Translations under genes and position numbers: made by a program
Source: Octopus sinensis
Lineage: Eukaryota
DNA length: 63,139 nucleotides
Assembly (NCBI RefSeq): GCF_006345805.1
Contig: NW_021832001.1
Location: forward strand, 1 to 63,139
Reading direction: 5' to 3'
Shown: piece after piece, positions 37,628 through 50,565 of the stretch
Position numbering within the stretch: the stretch's first letter is position 1
Layout of the letters: every line of letters begins with the position of its first letter
The notes under the pieces: generated by a model
Told to the model about the DNA's origin: nothing
Databases searched by the model: none
The model's input: the letters and a program-made list of their open reading frames with translations, nothing else

Positions 37628-38761
37628 ATTTCATATTTCTTTATTGCCCAGACAAACAAGGACAGACAAAGGGATTAAGTCGATTACATCGACCCCAGTG
37701 CGTAACTGGTACTTAATTTATCGACCCCGAATGGATGAAAGACAAAGTCGACCTCGGCGGAATTTGAACTCAGAACAAAAAGACAGACGAAATACCTATT
37801 TCTTTACTACCCACAAGGGACTAAACACAGAGAAGACAAACAAGGACAGATAAATGGATTAAGTCGATTACATCGACCCCAGTGGGTAACTGGTACTTAA
37901 TTTATCGACCCCTAAAGGATGAAGGCAAAGTCGACCTCGGCGGAATTTGAACTCAGAACGGAAAGATAGACGAAATACCTATTTCTTTACTACTCACAGG
38001 GGGCTAAACACAGAGAGGACAAACAAGGGCAGATAAACGTATTAAGTCAATTACATCGACTCCAGTGCGTAACTGGTACTTAATTTATCGTCCCCGAAAG
38101 GATGAAGGCAAAGTCGACCTCGGCGGAATTTGAACTTGGAACGTAACGGCAGACAAAATACGTATTTCTTTACTACCCACAAGGGGCTAAACACAGAGAA
38201 GACAAACAAGGACAGATAAATGGATTAAGCCAATTACATCAACCCCAGTGCGTAACTGGTACTTAATTTATCGACCCCGAACGGATGAAAGGCAAAGTCG
38301 ACCACGGCGGAATTTGAACTCAGAACAAAAAGACAGACGAAATACCTATTTCTTTACTACTCACAAGGGGCTAAACACAGAGAAGACAAACAAGGACAGA
38401 TAAATGGATTAAGTCGATTACATCGACCCCAGTGCGTAACTGGTACTTAATTTATCGACCCCGAAAGGATGAAGGCAAAGTCGACCTCGGCGGAATTTGA
38501 ACTCAGAACGGAAAGACAGACGAAATACCTATTTCTTTACTACCCACAAGGGACTAAACACAGAGAAGACAAACAAGGACAGATAAACGGATTAAGTCGA
38601 TTACATCGACTCCAGTGCGTAACTGGTACTTAATTTATCGACCCCGAAAGGATGAAGGCAAAGTCGACCTCGGCGGAATTTGAACTCGGAAGGTAACGGC
38701 AGGCGAAATACGGCTACGCATTTCGCCCGGCGTGCTAACGTTTCTGCCAGCTCGCCGCCTT
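37628..38761 (-). mobile_element. SINE family C hexamer within one TSD
   Basis: Six ~183-bp units; 15-bp TSD atcaaaagtattctt (37613-37627 and 38762-38776). Confidence 0.92.
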
Positions 38762-38853
38762 ATCAAAAGTATTCTTGCTATGACCATCTTGTCTATTTTT
38801 CTCAAACGTAAAATGTCTAGTACTGCATTATCCAATGAGTCCTACATAAAAAA

Positions 38854-39239
38854 AGAGGCGTAATGGCCCAATGGTTAGGGCAGCGGACTCGCGGTCGTAG
38901 GATCGCGGTTTCGATTCCCAGACCGGGCGTTGTGAGTGTTTATTGAGCGAAAACACCTAAAGCTCCACGAGGCTCCGGCAGGAGATGGTGGTGATCCCTG
39001 CTGTACTCTTTCACCACAACTTTCTCTCACTCTTACTTCCTGTTTCTGTTGTACCTGTATTTCAAAAGGGCCGGCCTTGTCACTCTTTGTGTCACGCTGA
39101 ATATCCTCCGAGAACTACGTTAAGGGTACACGTGTCTGTGGAGTGCTCAGCCACTTACACGTTAATTTCACGAGCAGGCTGTTCCGTTGATTCGGATCAA
39201 CCGGAACCCTCATCGTCGCAACCGACGGAGTGCTTTCCC
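38854..39239 (+). mobile_element. SINE family B, full length
   Basis: A and B boxes; TSD acataaaaaa. Confidence 0.92.
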
Positions 39240-39613
39240 ACATAAAAAAGAAAATATATTTAGGCTTTTTCTCTGCTGTTGCTGTTATTAATTTTGCTAA
39301 TTTTATTATTTCTGTTGTGTTTTATGTTGTGGCTCGAGATGTATTAAATCATCTCAGGATTCTAATTGCGGCGAACTGGTCTTCTAACCATAGAACAATT
39401 TATCTCTCATCTGGTTTACACTATGGCATAAGAGGCTCAGCGGAGATTAAGTAATGTTATCCCTACATTTTTTTCCCCTTAATTTTGGAAAGTGTGCACC
39501 AAATGTTCATTTTTTTCTGCGAGAAAGACAAAAAGTGGGGGAGTATGACAGAAGAAAGAAACGAGTAATGGTGTGACAGAAAGTGTGTGTGTGTGAGTGT
39601 GTATGTGTGTGTA

Positions 39614-39663
<50 letters not shown>

Positions 39664-40064
39664 ACTTATAGTTGAAAGAGAAAGAGGGGAAGAGAAGGGA
39701 AGAGATGAGGGGAGGGTGAGACAAAGGTAAGGAGAGAGAAAGAAAGAGAAGGAGAAAAAGAAAGAGAGGGAGAGAGAGAGGAGAGAGACAGAGATCATAA
39801 ATGGGTACAAGATGAAAAATGTAGAATTGTGTGACAGAAAAAGAAAATCTGAAATAGAGAGTGGTAAAAGGGTGACAAGAAGAGAGAAGGTATATGAGGA
39901 TTTGAAAGAAAGGGACAGTGAGACAGAGAAAGAGAGAAAGAAAAAAAGACAGCGGCAGAGCGAAATTTATGGTATAATGTAAAAAAAATTAATTATAGAT
40001 AAACAGTGAAGGAGTGAGACAGACGAAGAGACAAGCAGACAGATAGACGGACATACAGAAATAG

Positions 40065-40469
<405 letters not shown>

Positions 40470-41171
40470 ATTCCTAAAGCAAAAATTCTTGAATTATTGC
40501 ATACTTTTGTTGAAGACATTAATAACTTGTAGGTACGTGATATTTCATTATGTAACCATAACATACTATGAATTATACTGAATGTTTTTATAAGTCAAAA
40601 CCACATTCTGCTGTGTTAGAAGTGTTTATTACATTATTTTGTTATGGTTATTTCTACAGAAATTTTAACCAGCAATGGTTTTTTTGGTACAACGTTTCGA
40701 ATCGAGACGTCAAATGTAAACAAACAATGAGATTGAAGACAAAAATGGGCAATGAGTATATATGCCATGTTTCGGTTGTTTTTTCCTTCATCAGCACCCA
40801 TCTAACGCACTCTTGCCTCCGCGGTAGAGCAGACTTGCATAACACGTATTAAATGTGTTTAAGTGGAAATATGGATGTCTCTATGTCAGTCATGAGCAAA
40901 CTGCGGCCCGCGGGACTCCGTGAATTGCACACCAGGGAAAAAATTACCTTCAATGCTTATTTAGTAGTGCTGCCCGCTTGGTGATGGACCATGTCACATG
41001 TGACCCGCTTCTCGAAAAGGATGCCTGCTTCATGTTGTTGTTGTTGCTGCTAGCATGAAAATGTTGATTCCCCCCCACACACACACACGCATCCCTAAAA
41101 GCAATGATGAGGATGAAGGAGAAGAGGATGAAAAATTGTATAAAATGAAAAACTAAGTAACAGGAGTAACA

Positions 41172-41535
41172 GGCGCAAGAATGGCTGTGTGGTAAGTAGC
41201 TTGCTAACCAACCACATGGTTCCTGGTTCAGTCCCACTGCGTGGCATCTTGGGCAAGTGTCTTCTGCTATAGCCCCGGGCCGACCAATGCCTTGTGAGTG
41301 GATTTGGTAGACGGAAACTGAAAGAAGCCCGTCGTATATATGTATATATATATATAAGTGTGTGTGTATATGTTTGTGTGTCTGTGTTTACGTCCCCGTC
41401 ACTTAGAGACCGATAGAATAAGTACTGGGCTTACAAAGAATAAGTCCCGGTGTCGATTTGCTCGACTAAAGGCGGTGCTCCAGCATGGCCGCAGTCAAAT
41501 GACTGAAACAAGTAAAAGAGTAAAAGAGTAAAGAG
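41172..41535 (+). mobile_element. SINE family A with internal deletions
   Basis: Head ggcgcaagaatggctgtgtgg; tail (gtaaaaga)n. Confidence 0.9.
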
Positions 41536-41992
41536 AGTAACAAAGAAAAAAAAGAATTGAGAGGGAGGTGATAGATAGAGAGAGAGAATGAGTGAAAACG
41601 ATTGACAAATAGAGGAAAACACAGAAACAGAGTGTGTGAGAATGAGTGAGAAAGGAATAGACAGAGAAATAGAAAGGAAAAACACAAAGTGTAAGAGGAG
41701 AGAGTGAAAGATATGAAACCTAACAGAGAATATAAAAGTTAGAAAATAACTGGCAAATGATTTGCATATGAGCTGAAATAAAAAAAAAGAATGGAAACGA
41801 GGGAGTGGGTGAGAGAGAGAGAGAAAGAAAGAAAGAAAGCGAGAGAGAAACAAACAGACGAATAGACATGCAGTGATTTAGTTGTTAAAATATTCAACAA
41901 TGCAAGGAATATATACTACTGAGTCTATCGTTGTGTGGTAGTTGAAAAACACGGCACTCAAATATTAGTGAGAGAGAATATGTGTATTAATA

Positions 41993-42145
41993 CACATTAT
42001 TTACATTTGACAGATATTTGTCCTCATCTTGTTTGTTGTTAACACAACGTTTCGGCTGATATACCCTCAGGTGACTTGGGGAAATTTCGAACCTGGGTTC
42101 TCATTCTTAAGGTATTCTTCGATATAATCATTATTATTATTATTA

Positions 42146-42193
<48 letters not shown>

Positions 42194-42298
42194 TCCCTGC
42201 CTGGAGTCGAACTCGGAATCTTGGGGTTAGTAGCCCGCGCTCTTAACCACTACACCATATGCCCGTGGGCATATGGTGTAGTGGTTAAGAGCGCGGGC
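41993..42298 (-). mobile_element. tRNA-headed element with (AAT)n spacer, hammerhead remnant and fold-back head duplication
   Basis: Minus strand: TGGTGTAGTGG A box, GAGTTCGACTCC B box, (aat)n, then cac-CTGA...gcc-GAAACGT-T-gtg (42043-42073). Perfect 32-bp palindrome at 42233-42298. Confidence 0.7.
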
Positions 42299-42299
42299 A

Positions 42300-43600
42300 C
42301 TTTACTCAGAAAAAATATACGAACACCATCCAAAACATATTACATAAGAAGAACGTGGTGGGAAATAAAGCAAGCAGTCAAGTACATGAAATGTAAGATT
42401 CTTTTTTTCTGCGGCCTTAATAACCCTAACCCCCACCTAAAAGAATCAACTACAAAGCAAGAACCAGATCCTCCCCCACAAAGAAATAATAAATAAATAT
42501 ATAAAGACAGTGAAGCCTATGGAGCTGATCTTTTACAACTAGTGAATAATAGATTCCGTGAGTATACAAACCCCTTCCAGAACTTAGATCTGATATCAAA
42601 AAGATTAAAAGTCTTTCATATTTTCCAACGTAACTAATAATCTATACGAAATGAATCCTATTAAATATAAGAAAGCACTTAATGATGTCTTTAAAAACTA
42701 GAAAAAGAAACCGCTAAACAAACATAGAATGACATTAATTCGGAAGCTAAATATATAACCAAGAAAATACGATTAGATAATAGGATTGAATGCCTACCTA
42801 CGCAAGAAGCTTATATTACATTTAAGGATCACAAAAGTGATTTTAATATTAACCCCAGATTTAGATTCATAAAACACCCAACCAAGATAAAAGTAGGACT
42901 AATCAATAAAACAGATTATATAGAAGATTAATCAAAAAATTAGAAAAAGGCGGCTAATTTACAATAATGAATTAACCATAAAGCTATCATCGAATTGTTC
43001 AAGAATATTAAAGATAAAAGCAATTTTAGATTTACACAATTTGATATTTCTGATGTGTATCCAACTTAACACTTTACCTCCTTAGTAAAGTATTACATTG
43101 CATCGCATAAAAATTGTGACATTCATTAGTTAGACCCAGAGATAATCACCTATGCTAGGAAACCGTATTATTTGATAAAGGCTGTTTGAATGAAAAAAGT
43201 TGGTTGGCCTCTTTACGCTAGATGGCCTGAAGGGAAAAAATATTGACAGCATCCTCAACACTGGCCTTTAACGAGATGATGGATTAGCTATATCCACTTA
43301 AAACTTAGAAATATCTTGCCACTTTCATATAACTAGGACTCGTGATAAGAAACAATACTGAACTAAAATAATTAATTTCTTTTAAAAAAAACTTCATTTA
43401 GATACTACAGTATATTAATTGCCTCTCGCTACCGGTCAATTGCTTTTGAAATTCTGACCTGTAATATCAGTACAAGAATCTTTAAACTCTCTTCGAGCAA
43501 AAAGTCTTTGATAGAACAACACCGAACTTTGGGACTGCTTTAACCAAAAACAGTTTCAAAAATAGGTTTAAATACATTCTTCATTCATCCTCTTTGATAT
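42300..43600 (+). pseudogene. Penelope-like (Naiad-type) reverse transcriptase remnant
   Basis: Manual translation: KNIRTPSKTYY...KYMKCKILFF, QEAYITFKDHKSDFNINPRFRFI, QFDISDVYP, (Y>*)RDDGL; many stops and frameshifts. Confidence 0.8.
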
Positions 43601-44085
43601 CCAAAAATAAGTCTAAATCTGTTTTAGTTCGATTTATGACACTAGCTGTTGAATTATTCATGAAATAGTGCTTATAGTCCCTGATAGAGATATACGCTTT
43701 TTTAGTGTAATAGTTTCTTCCTTATCTTCTATGTTAAGCTTTGTGGCGAAGTATTTGACCTCGTTATTTAGTGAATTTCATGTATTAATGTTTGTTTAAT
43801 TAATTATTAGTGAAATTGTTTGATGGTAAATTACTACAATCTATATTAGTGCATTTCATGTACACTTTTTCTTTTGCTTATCTTGACAAATATCTTTTAA
43901 TTTCCTGACTTACCCTTCACATTATTCAACATTTTCTGCTTGAAAGTGTTGCTCACTTTCTTGAATTTTATTTCCTCGACTATTTTGAAAATATTCATCT
44001 CGAAAGATCCAAATAGTTTGTCACTCGGTGGCCTTTTTCTAGTCCTAAATCACGCTTGTTTTTGTTTTCTCATTTTTATTTAAAA

Positions 44086-44598
44086 CTAGCAGTATCGCCC
44101 GGCGTTGCTCGGGTTTGTAAGGGAAATAACTATATAAGCATTTTTAGAGAGTTACTTCCCTTATAGATGCCAATTCGGGCTTTCTTAGCCATTTCTGTTT
44201 TGGTGTCTTCAAGCCATGAAGTCGTTGTTCTAAAAGAACGCTGGTCTCCTTGACAACGCTTTACGACGTTGATTTCCTTACACTCCCTTCCTCACAGCTT
44301 CACGAGGGAGGGAAGAAGGGGGAGAAGCAAACAGGTGCAGGTGTGACCATGGACACCAACTCCGCCGCCATCGACACACGAAAAATTATGCATTAAAATG
44401 GAATAAAAAATGATTTTAAATTATTTTTAAAATCGTAGACTCATCGTTGACGCGCGCTAATACTCAGACGGGCTCGATATTGATCACGACTATAAGATAC
44501 CCGAATTTGGTTAAACTGCACCGCAAAATGTGGGAGTAGTTAGGAATCTAAATCGAAGGGGACAGACACTCACACAACTACAGTTTTATATATATAGA
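44086..44598 (-). mobile_element. Non-autonomous Helitron, longer sister of 6472-6857
   Basis: Same TC start, hairpin and CTAG end; extra internal segment. Confidence 0.85.
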
Positions 44599-44752
44599 TG
44601 AACGACTTCAAGCGCTTTTATAAATCTAAGTCTCCGGTGCAATACATTATTTAAATGTTTGATTGTCGATATGCCCAAATAGTGGTGGTTACATTTATCA
44701 GTAGCTATACTTAATGTGCTAAGAGGCATCCTCTTGGTTAGACGCGATCCAC

Positions 44753-44977
44753 TACTCTTTTTACTCTTTTTACTTGTTTCAGTCATTTGACTGCGGCCAT
44801 GCTGGAGCACCGCCGTTAATCGAGCAACTCGACCCCGGGACTTATTCTTTTTTGTAAGCCCAGTACTTATTCTATCGGTCTTTTTTGCCGAACCGCTAAG
44901 TAACGGGGACATAAACACACCAGCATCAGTTGTCAAGCAATGTTAGGGGGACAAACACAGACACACAAACACACACA

Positions 44978-45035
<58 letters not shown>

Positions 45036-45133
45036 TACGACGGGCTTCTTTTCAGTTTCCGTCTACCAAATCCACTCACAAGGCTTTGGTCGGCCGGAGG
45101 CTAGAGTAAAAGACACTTGCCCAAGGTGCCGCA
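44753..45133 (-). mobile_element. SINE family A, 5'-truncated
   Basis: Matches the family sequence. Confidence 0.9.
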
Positions 45134-45450
45134 CACATCTTTTTTTTTTATTAATAGCTGGATATTATATATTCATATTACAACTTCAGGTTTCAACTCC
45201 ACAGGTCGGCTCGAAAGATCAAGTGGGGCAAGATTCAAGTCCCACTTTTATACATTAAAATATGATTTACTCTTTTATATTTAAAATGTAGTGGGGTCGA
45301 TTCTTTCAACTAAAATTCTTCAAGGTGGTGCCCCACTATGTGAATATATGAATGCGTGTGTGTGCGTATGTGTGTGTGTGTGTGTGTGCACGTGTGTGTG
45401 CGTTTGCGTATTGAAGCTGTCAGAGAAGGCAAAGATGCAATGGGGTATCG

Positions 45451-45486
<36 letters not shown>

Positions 45487-45626
45487 GACAGAGACAGAGA
45501 CAGAGAGATGCAGATATGATGGGTCTCTTTTGCCGAAACGCTAAGTTACGGGAACGTAAACACACCACCATCGGTTGTCAAGCGATGTTGGGGGACAAAC
45601 ACAGACACACAGACACATACACACAC

Positions 45627-45729
<103 letters not shown>

Positions 45730-45765
45730 GTGTGTGTGTGTGTATGTATATATGTGTTTGTGTTT

Positions 45766-45837
<72 letters not shown>

Positions 45838-46052
45838 GTATGTCAGAAATGCTATGAAGGTGCTAAAGGATGTAGAAATATAGTAGAGGTGTCAAAGGAA
45901 GCAGAAATTCACTGGAAATATTTATGAAAAATCAGAAATGTGATACAGAATAATAAAAAGGCACAAAATGCTGAAGATGTATCAATAGAAGTGCCACGAA
46001 GTTACCAAAACGAGAAAAGAAAGAATTGCAATGTAGATATTAATTTTAAAAT

Positions 46053-46441
46053 GGGAATGGAAGCACTCCGTCGGTTACGACGATGAGGGTTCCGGTTGAT
46101 CCGAATGAACGGAACAGCCTGCTCGTGAAATTAACGTGTATGTGGCTGAGCACTCCACAGACACGTGTACCCTTAATGTAGTTCTCGGGGATATTCAGCG
46201 TGACACAGAGAGTGACAAGGCCGGCCCTTTGAAATACAGGTACAACAGAAAGAGGAAGTAAGAGTGAGAGAAAGTTGTGGTGAAAGAGTACAGCAGGGAT
46301 CACCACCATCCCTGCCGGAGCCTCGTGGAGCTTTTAGGTGTTTTCGCTCAATAAACACTCACAACTCCCGGTCTGGGAATCGAAACCGCGATCCTACGAC
46401 CGCGAGTACGCTGCCCTAACCACTGGGCCATTGCGCCTCCA
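46053..46441 (-). mobile_element. SINE family B, full length
   Basis: TSD taattttaaaat. Confidence 0.93.
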
Positions 46442-46621
46442 CTAATTTTAAAATAGGGTGGGTAGAAATGCAATGAAATCTGTTGGAAGAAGCAGAAATA
46501 CAGTCAAATGAAATAAGTAGAAAACCAGCAATGTCTCCAAAAACTGAGAACTGCCATTTATGTTATAAGATGCCTCGATACGGTATCGAAGGAAGTATAT
46601 ATTTCAATCGTGAACAAACTG

Positions 46622-46952
46622 GGCGTAGGAGTGGCTGTGTGGTACGTAACTTGCTTACGAACCACATGGTTGCGGGTTCAGTCTCATTGCGTGGCACCTT
46701 GGGCAAGTGTCTTCTACTATAGCCTCTGGCCGACCAAAACCTTGTGAGTGGATTTGATAGACGGAAACTGAAAGAAGCCCGTCATATATATGTATATCTA
46801 TATATATATACACATATATATATATATATACTTATTCTATCGGTCTCTTTTGCCGAAACGCTAAGTTACGGGGACGTAAACACACCACCATCGGTTGTCA
46901 AGCGATGTTGGGGGGACAAACACAGACACACAGATACATACACACACACACA

Positions 46953-46994
<42 letters not shown>

Positions 46995-47029
46995 GTGTGT
47001 GTATGTATATATGTGTTTGTGTTTCAACA

Positions 47030-47065
<36 letters not shown>

Positions 47066-47310
47066 TGTATGTATGTATGTATGTATGTGTGTATGTGTTT
47101 GTGTGTCTGTGTTTGTCCCCCCAACATCGCTTGACAACCGATGCTGGTGTGTTTACGTCCCCGTAACTTAGCGTTTCGGCAAAAGAGACCGATAGAATAA
47201 GTATTAGGCTTACAAAGAATATGTCCTGGGGGCGATTTGCTCGACTAAAGGCGGTGCTCCAGCTTGGCCACAGTCAAAGGACTGAAACATGTAAAAGAGT
47301 AAAAGAGTAA
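46622..47310 (+). mobile_element. SINE family A with an inverted family A segment in its TA run
   Basis: 46829-46932 is the reverse complement of ~47099-47203. Confidence 0.85.
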
Positions 47311-47489
47311 ACTGTGACCTACGGGTCTTTCTGAATAATACGTCTAATAAAAAATTATCTTGAATTTTTTTAGTTGTATAGCCCGCCTGATGGTGCGCTG
47401 TGTCTCACGTTGCTCTTCTCGGAAAAAGATTGCCCGTGCTTGATTTATACTGTTGAAACGTTAAAGAAGGTAAGGATATAATAGGGATA

Positions 47490-48800
47490 TCAAAGAAAGC
47501 AGACGTGCAGTGGGGGTGTCAAAGGAATGTCAGAGGAAGCAGACAAATAGTGGAGTTGCTAAAGGAAGTAGAAATGCAGTGGAGTTGTTAAAGGAAACGG
47601 AAATGCAGTGGAGTTGCCAAAAGTAGCAGAAATTCCAAAGGAAGCTGAAATGCAGTGGAATTGCTAAAAATACCAGAAACGCAGTGGAGTCGCTAAAATA
47701 CCAGAAACGCAGTGGAGTTGCTAAAGGAAACAGAAATGCAGTGGAATTACTTACAGAAGTAGAAATGCAGTGGAGTTGCTAAAGGATGTAGAAGTGCAGT
47801 GAAGTTGTCAAAGGAAGCAGAAATGCAGTGGGGTTGCTAGAGGAAGCAGAAATGCAGTGGAGTTGCCAAAGGAAACAGAAATGCGGTGGAATTGCTAAAG
47901 GAAGCAGAAATGCAGTGGGTTTGTTAAAGGAAGCAGAAATGCAGTGGGTTTGCTAAAGGAAGCAGAAATGCAGTGGAGTAGCCAAAGGAGACAAAAATGC
48001 GGTGGAATTGCTAAAGGAAGCAGAAATGCAGTGGAGTTGTTAAAGGAAGCAGAAATGCAGTAGGGTTGCTAAAGGAAGCAGAAATGCAGTGGAGTTGTTA
48101 AAGGAAGCAGAAATGCAGTAGGGTTGCTAAAGGAAGCAGAAATGCTGTGGAGTTGCCAAAGGAGACAGAAATGCGGTGGAATTGCTAAAGGAAGCAGAAA
48201 TGCAGTGGAGTTGCTAAAGGAAGCAGAAATGCTGTGGAGTTGTTAAAGGAAGCAGAAATGCAGTGGAGTTGTTAAAGGAAGCAGAAATTCAGTAGGGTTG
48301 CTAAAGGAAGCAGAAATGCAGTGGAGTTGTTAAAGGAAGCAGAAATGCAGTGGAGTTGTTAAAGGAAGCAGAAATTCAGTAGGGTTGCTAAAGGAAGCAG
48401 AAATGCAGTGGGGTTGCTAAAGGAAGCAGAAATGCTGTGGAGTTGTTAAAGGAAGCAGAAATGCAGTGGAGTTGTTAAAGGAAGCAGAAATGCAGTAGGG
48501 TTGCTAAAGGAAGCAGAAATGCTGTGGAGTTGCCAAAGGAGACAGAAATGCGGTGGAATTGCTAAAGGAAGCAGAAATGCAGTGGAGTGTTAAAGGAAGC
48601 AGAAATGCAGTGGAGTTGCCAAAGGAGACAGAAATGTGGTGGAATTGCTAAAGGAAGCAGAAATGCAGTGGGGTTGTTAAAGGAAGCAGAAATGCAGTGG
48701 AGTTGCCAAAGGAGACAGAAATGTGGTGGAATTGCTAAAGGAAGCAGAAATGCAGTGGGGTTGTTAAAGGAAGCAGAAATGCAGTGGAATTCCTGAAGGA
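47490..48800. repeat. 29-bp tandem satellite, ~45 copies, consensus AAAGGAAGCAGAAATGCAGTGGAGTTGCT
   Basis: Head-to-tail units with no spacers; 87-bp higher-order repeat at the right end. Confidence 0.95.
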
Positions 48801-49990
48801 AACAGTGTTAAAAAATGAAAAAGTAGAAATCAACAGAGAAAGGTAGCAGAGATGCATTTGAGACTTTAAAAGGAAACAGAGATAAAGTGGAATTATCAAA
48901 AGGAAGCTAAATGTCAGTGGAAAAGTTAAAGGTAGGGAAATTTCAGAAAGTTCTAAAATGAGAAAGATAAAAAAAAAAAACAGAATGGAATTAGTTTTTG
49001 GAAAGTGAAGAAAAAGGACGAAAAAGACGAATGAAATAAGATTTGAGAAGAGACGTGAAAAAAAGCCCCCAAAAATGTATGAGAATTCGAAAGGTAAAAA
49101 AGGAAGAAGTGCAGCAAAATGGATGAGGACTTATGAGGAAATGAAGTTGAAGAGGAAGAATAAAGTTGATGATGATGAGGATGATGATGATGATGATGAG
49201 AAGGAGGAGGAGGAGGAGGAAGGGGAGGTGGAGGAGGCGGAGTGTGGCGGCGGCGGCGGTGGTGGCGTGATAATGATGATGATGATGAGGAGGAGGAGGT
49301 GGTGGTGGAGGAATGTGGTGACGGCGGTGGTGGTGATGATGATGATAAGGAGGAAGACGACAGTTATGATGATGATGATGATGATGTTAGTGGTGATGGT
49401 CATGATGGTGATGGGCAGTGTTGGTAAATATGATGGTTAGAGTGTAGTGATGCAGAGTGTAGTAGTAGTGCAAGTGATGGTGGAGTTGGTGGTGATAATG
49501 ATGAAGATGATGACGATGACGACGACGACGATAATGATCGTGGGAGAAAGCCAGAAAAGAAGACGACTTTACCTTTCATCCTTTCTGAGTCGCTAAAATA
49601 GGTACCAGTTGAATACTGGAGTCAATGTAATCGACTCATCCCTTTCGCCGAAATTGCTGGCTTTGTGTCAAAATTTAAAACCATTATTATTTCCTCTTTA
49701 TCACAGGTTTTTTTGGAGCTCCTGGAGTCTTGCATGCGTATCGGGCTTACTACCTGCAGCCTACGGTACCATGTTATTAGTTCTTTTCAGCTATCTAATA
49801 CTTTCCTGATTATTCTGGCCGTGCCAAGGAGGCAAACCGTTTGTAACAGTTCTACTGGACACTCTATTCCTGTTTCCTTTATATTCCTCTTGATGCCTTC
49901 TGATACTGTTCCCAAGGACCCACCAAAAATGGCGCTTCATTTTCCATAGCCGGGCTATTTCGTACTTAAGAGGGTTGTATCTATCTTTCC

Positions 49991-50228
49991 TATTTCTTTA
50001 CTACCCACAAGGGGCTAAACACAGAGGGGGACAAACAAGGACAGACAAACGGATTAAGTCGATTACATCGACCTCCAGTGCATTACTGGTACTTAATTTA
50101 TCGACCCCGAAAGGGATGAAAGGCAAAGTCGACCTTGGCGGGATTTGAACTCAGAACATAGCGGCAGACGAAATACGGCTACGCATTTCACCCGGCGTGC
50201 TAACGTTTCTGCCAGCTCGCCGCCTTTT
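49991..50228 (-). mobile_element. SINE family C monomer inside the R4/Dong endonuclease region
   Basis: TSD tatctatctttcc (49978-49990 and 50229-50241). Confidence 0.93.
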
Positions 50229-50565
50229 TATCTATCTTTCCGCCTTCCTTTTTGACTATTCGTGGGTCAAAGGGGCATGCAACGTCTACTATATAGCATA
50301 TGTGGTGCACCTTGTCCATCACCACTAAATCCGGCCTGTTATGCTCTAGCACCTGATCTGTTTGGATTGGGAAATCCCAGAGGATTTTGCTAGACTCCGA
50401 CTCTACCACTCACTGCGGTTTGTGCTCATACCAGACCTTGTCTCTCTCTAGCCCCCACTTTTCACAGTTTCCAATGTAGCACTTTCGCTACCTGGTCGTG
50501 TCGCCACGAGTTGTAGCGGTTCTGGCCAAGTCTAGGGCATTCATTCATTAGATGAGCAATGGTTT

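Noticed and set aside
40888-40935. hAT-like terminus cagtcatgagcaaactgcggcccgcggg
   Set aside because: No partner TIR or TSD found.
47490-48800. 29-bp repeats as a CRISPR array or a coding repeat
   Set aside because: No unique spacers, eukaryotic context, and the unit length is not a multiple of three.
49075-49440. Acidic poly-D/E ORF
   Set aside because: Trinucleotide low-complexity tract with no splice or domain support.
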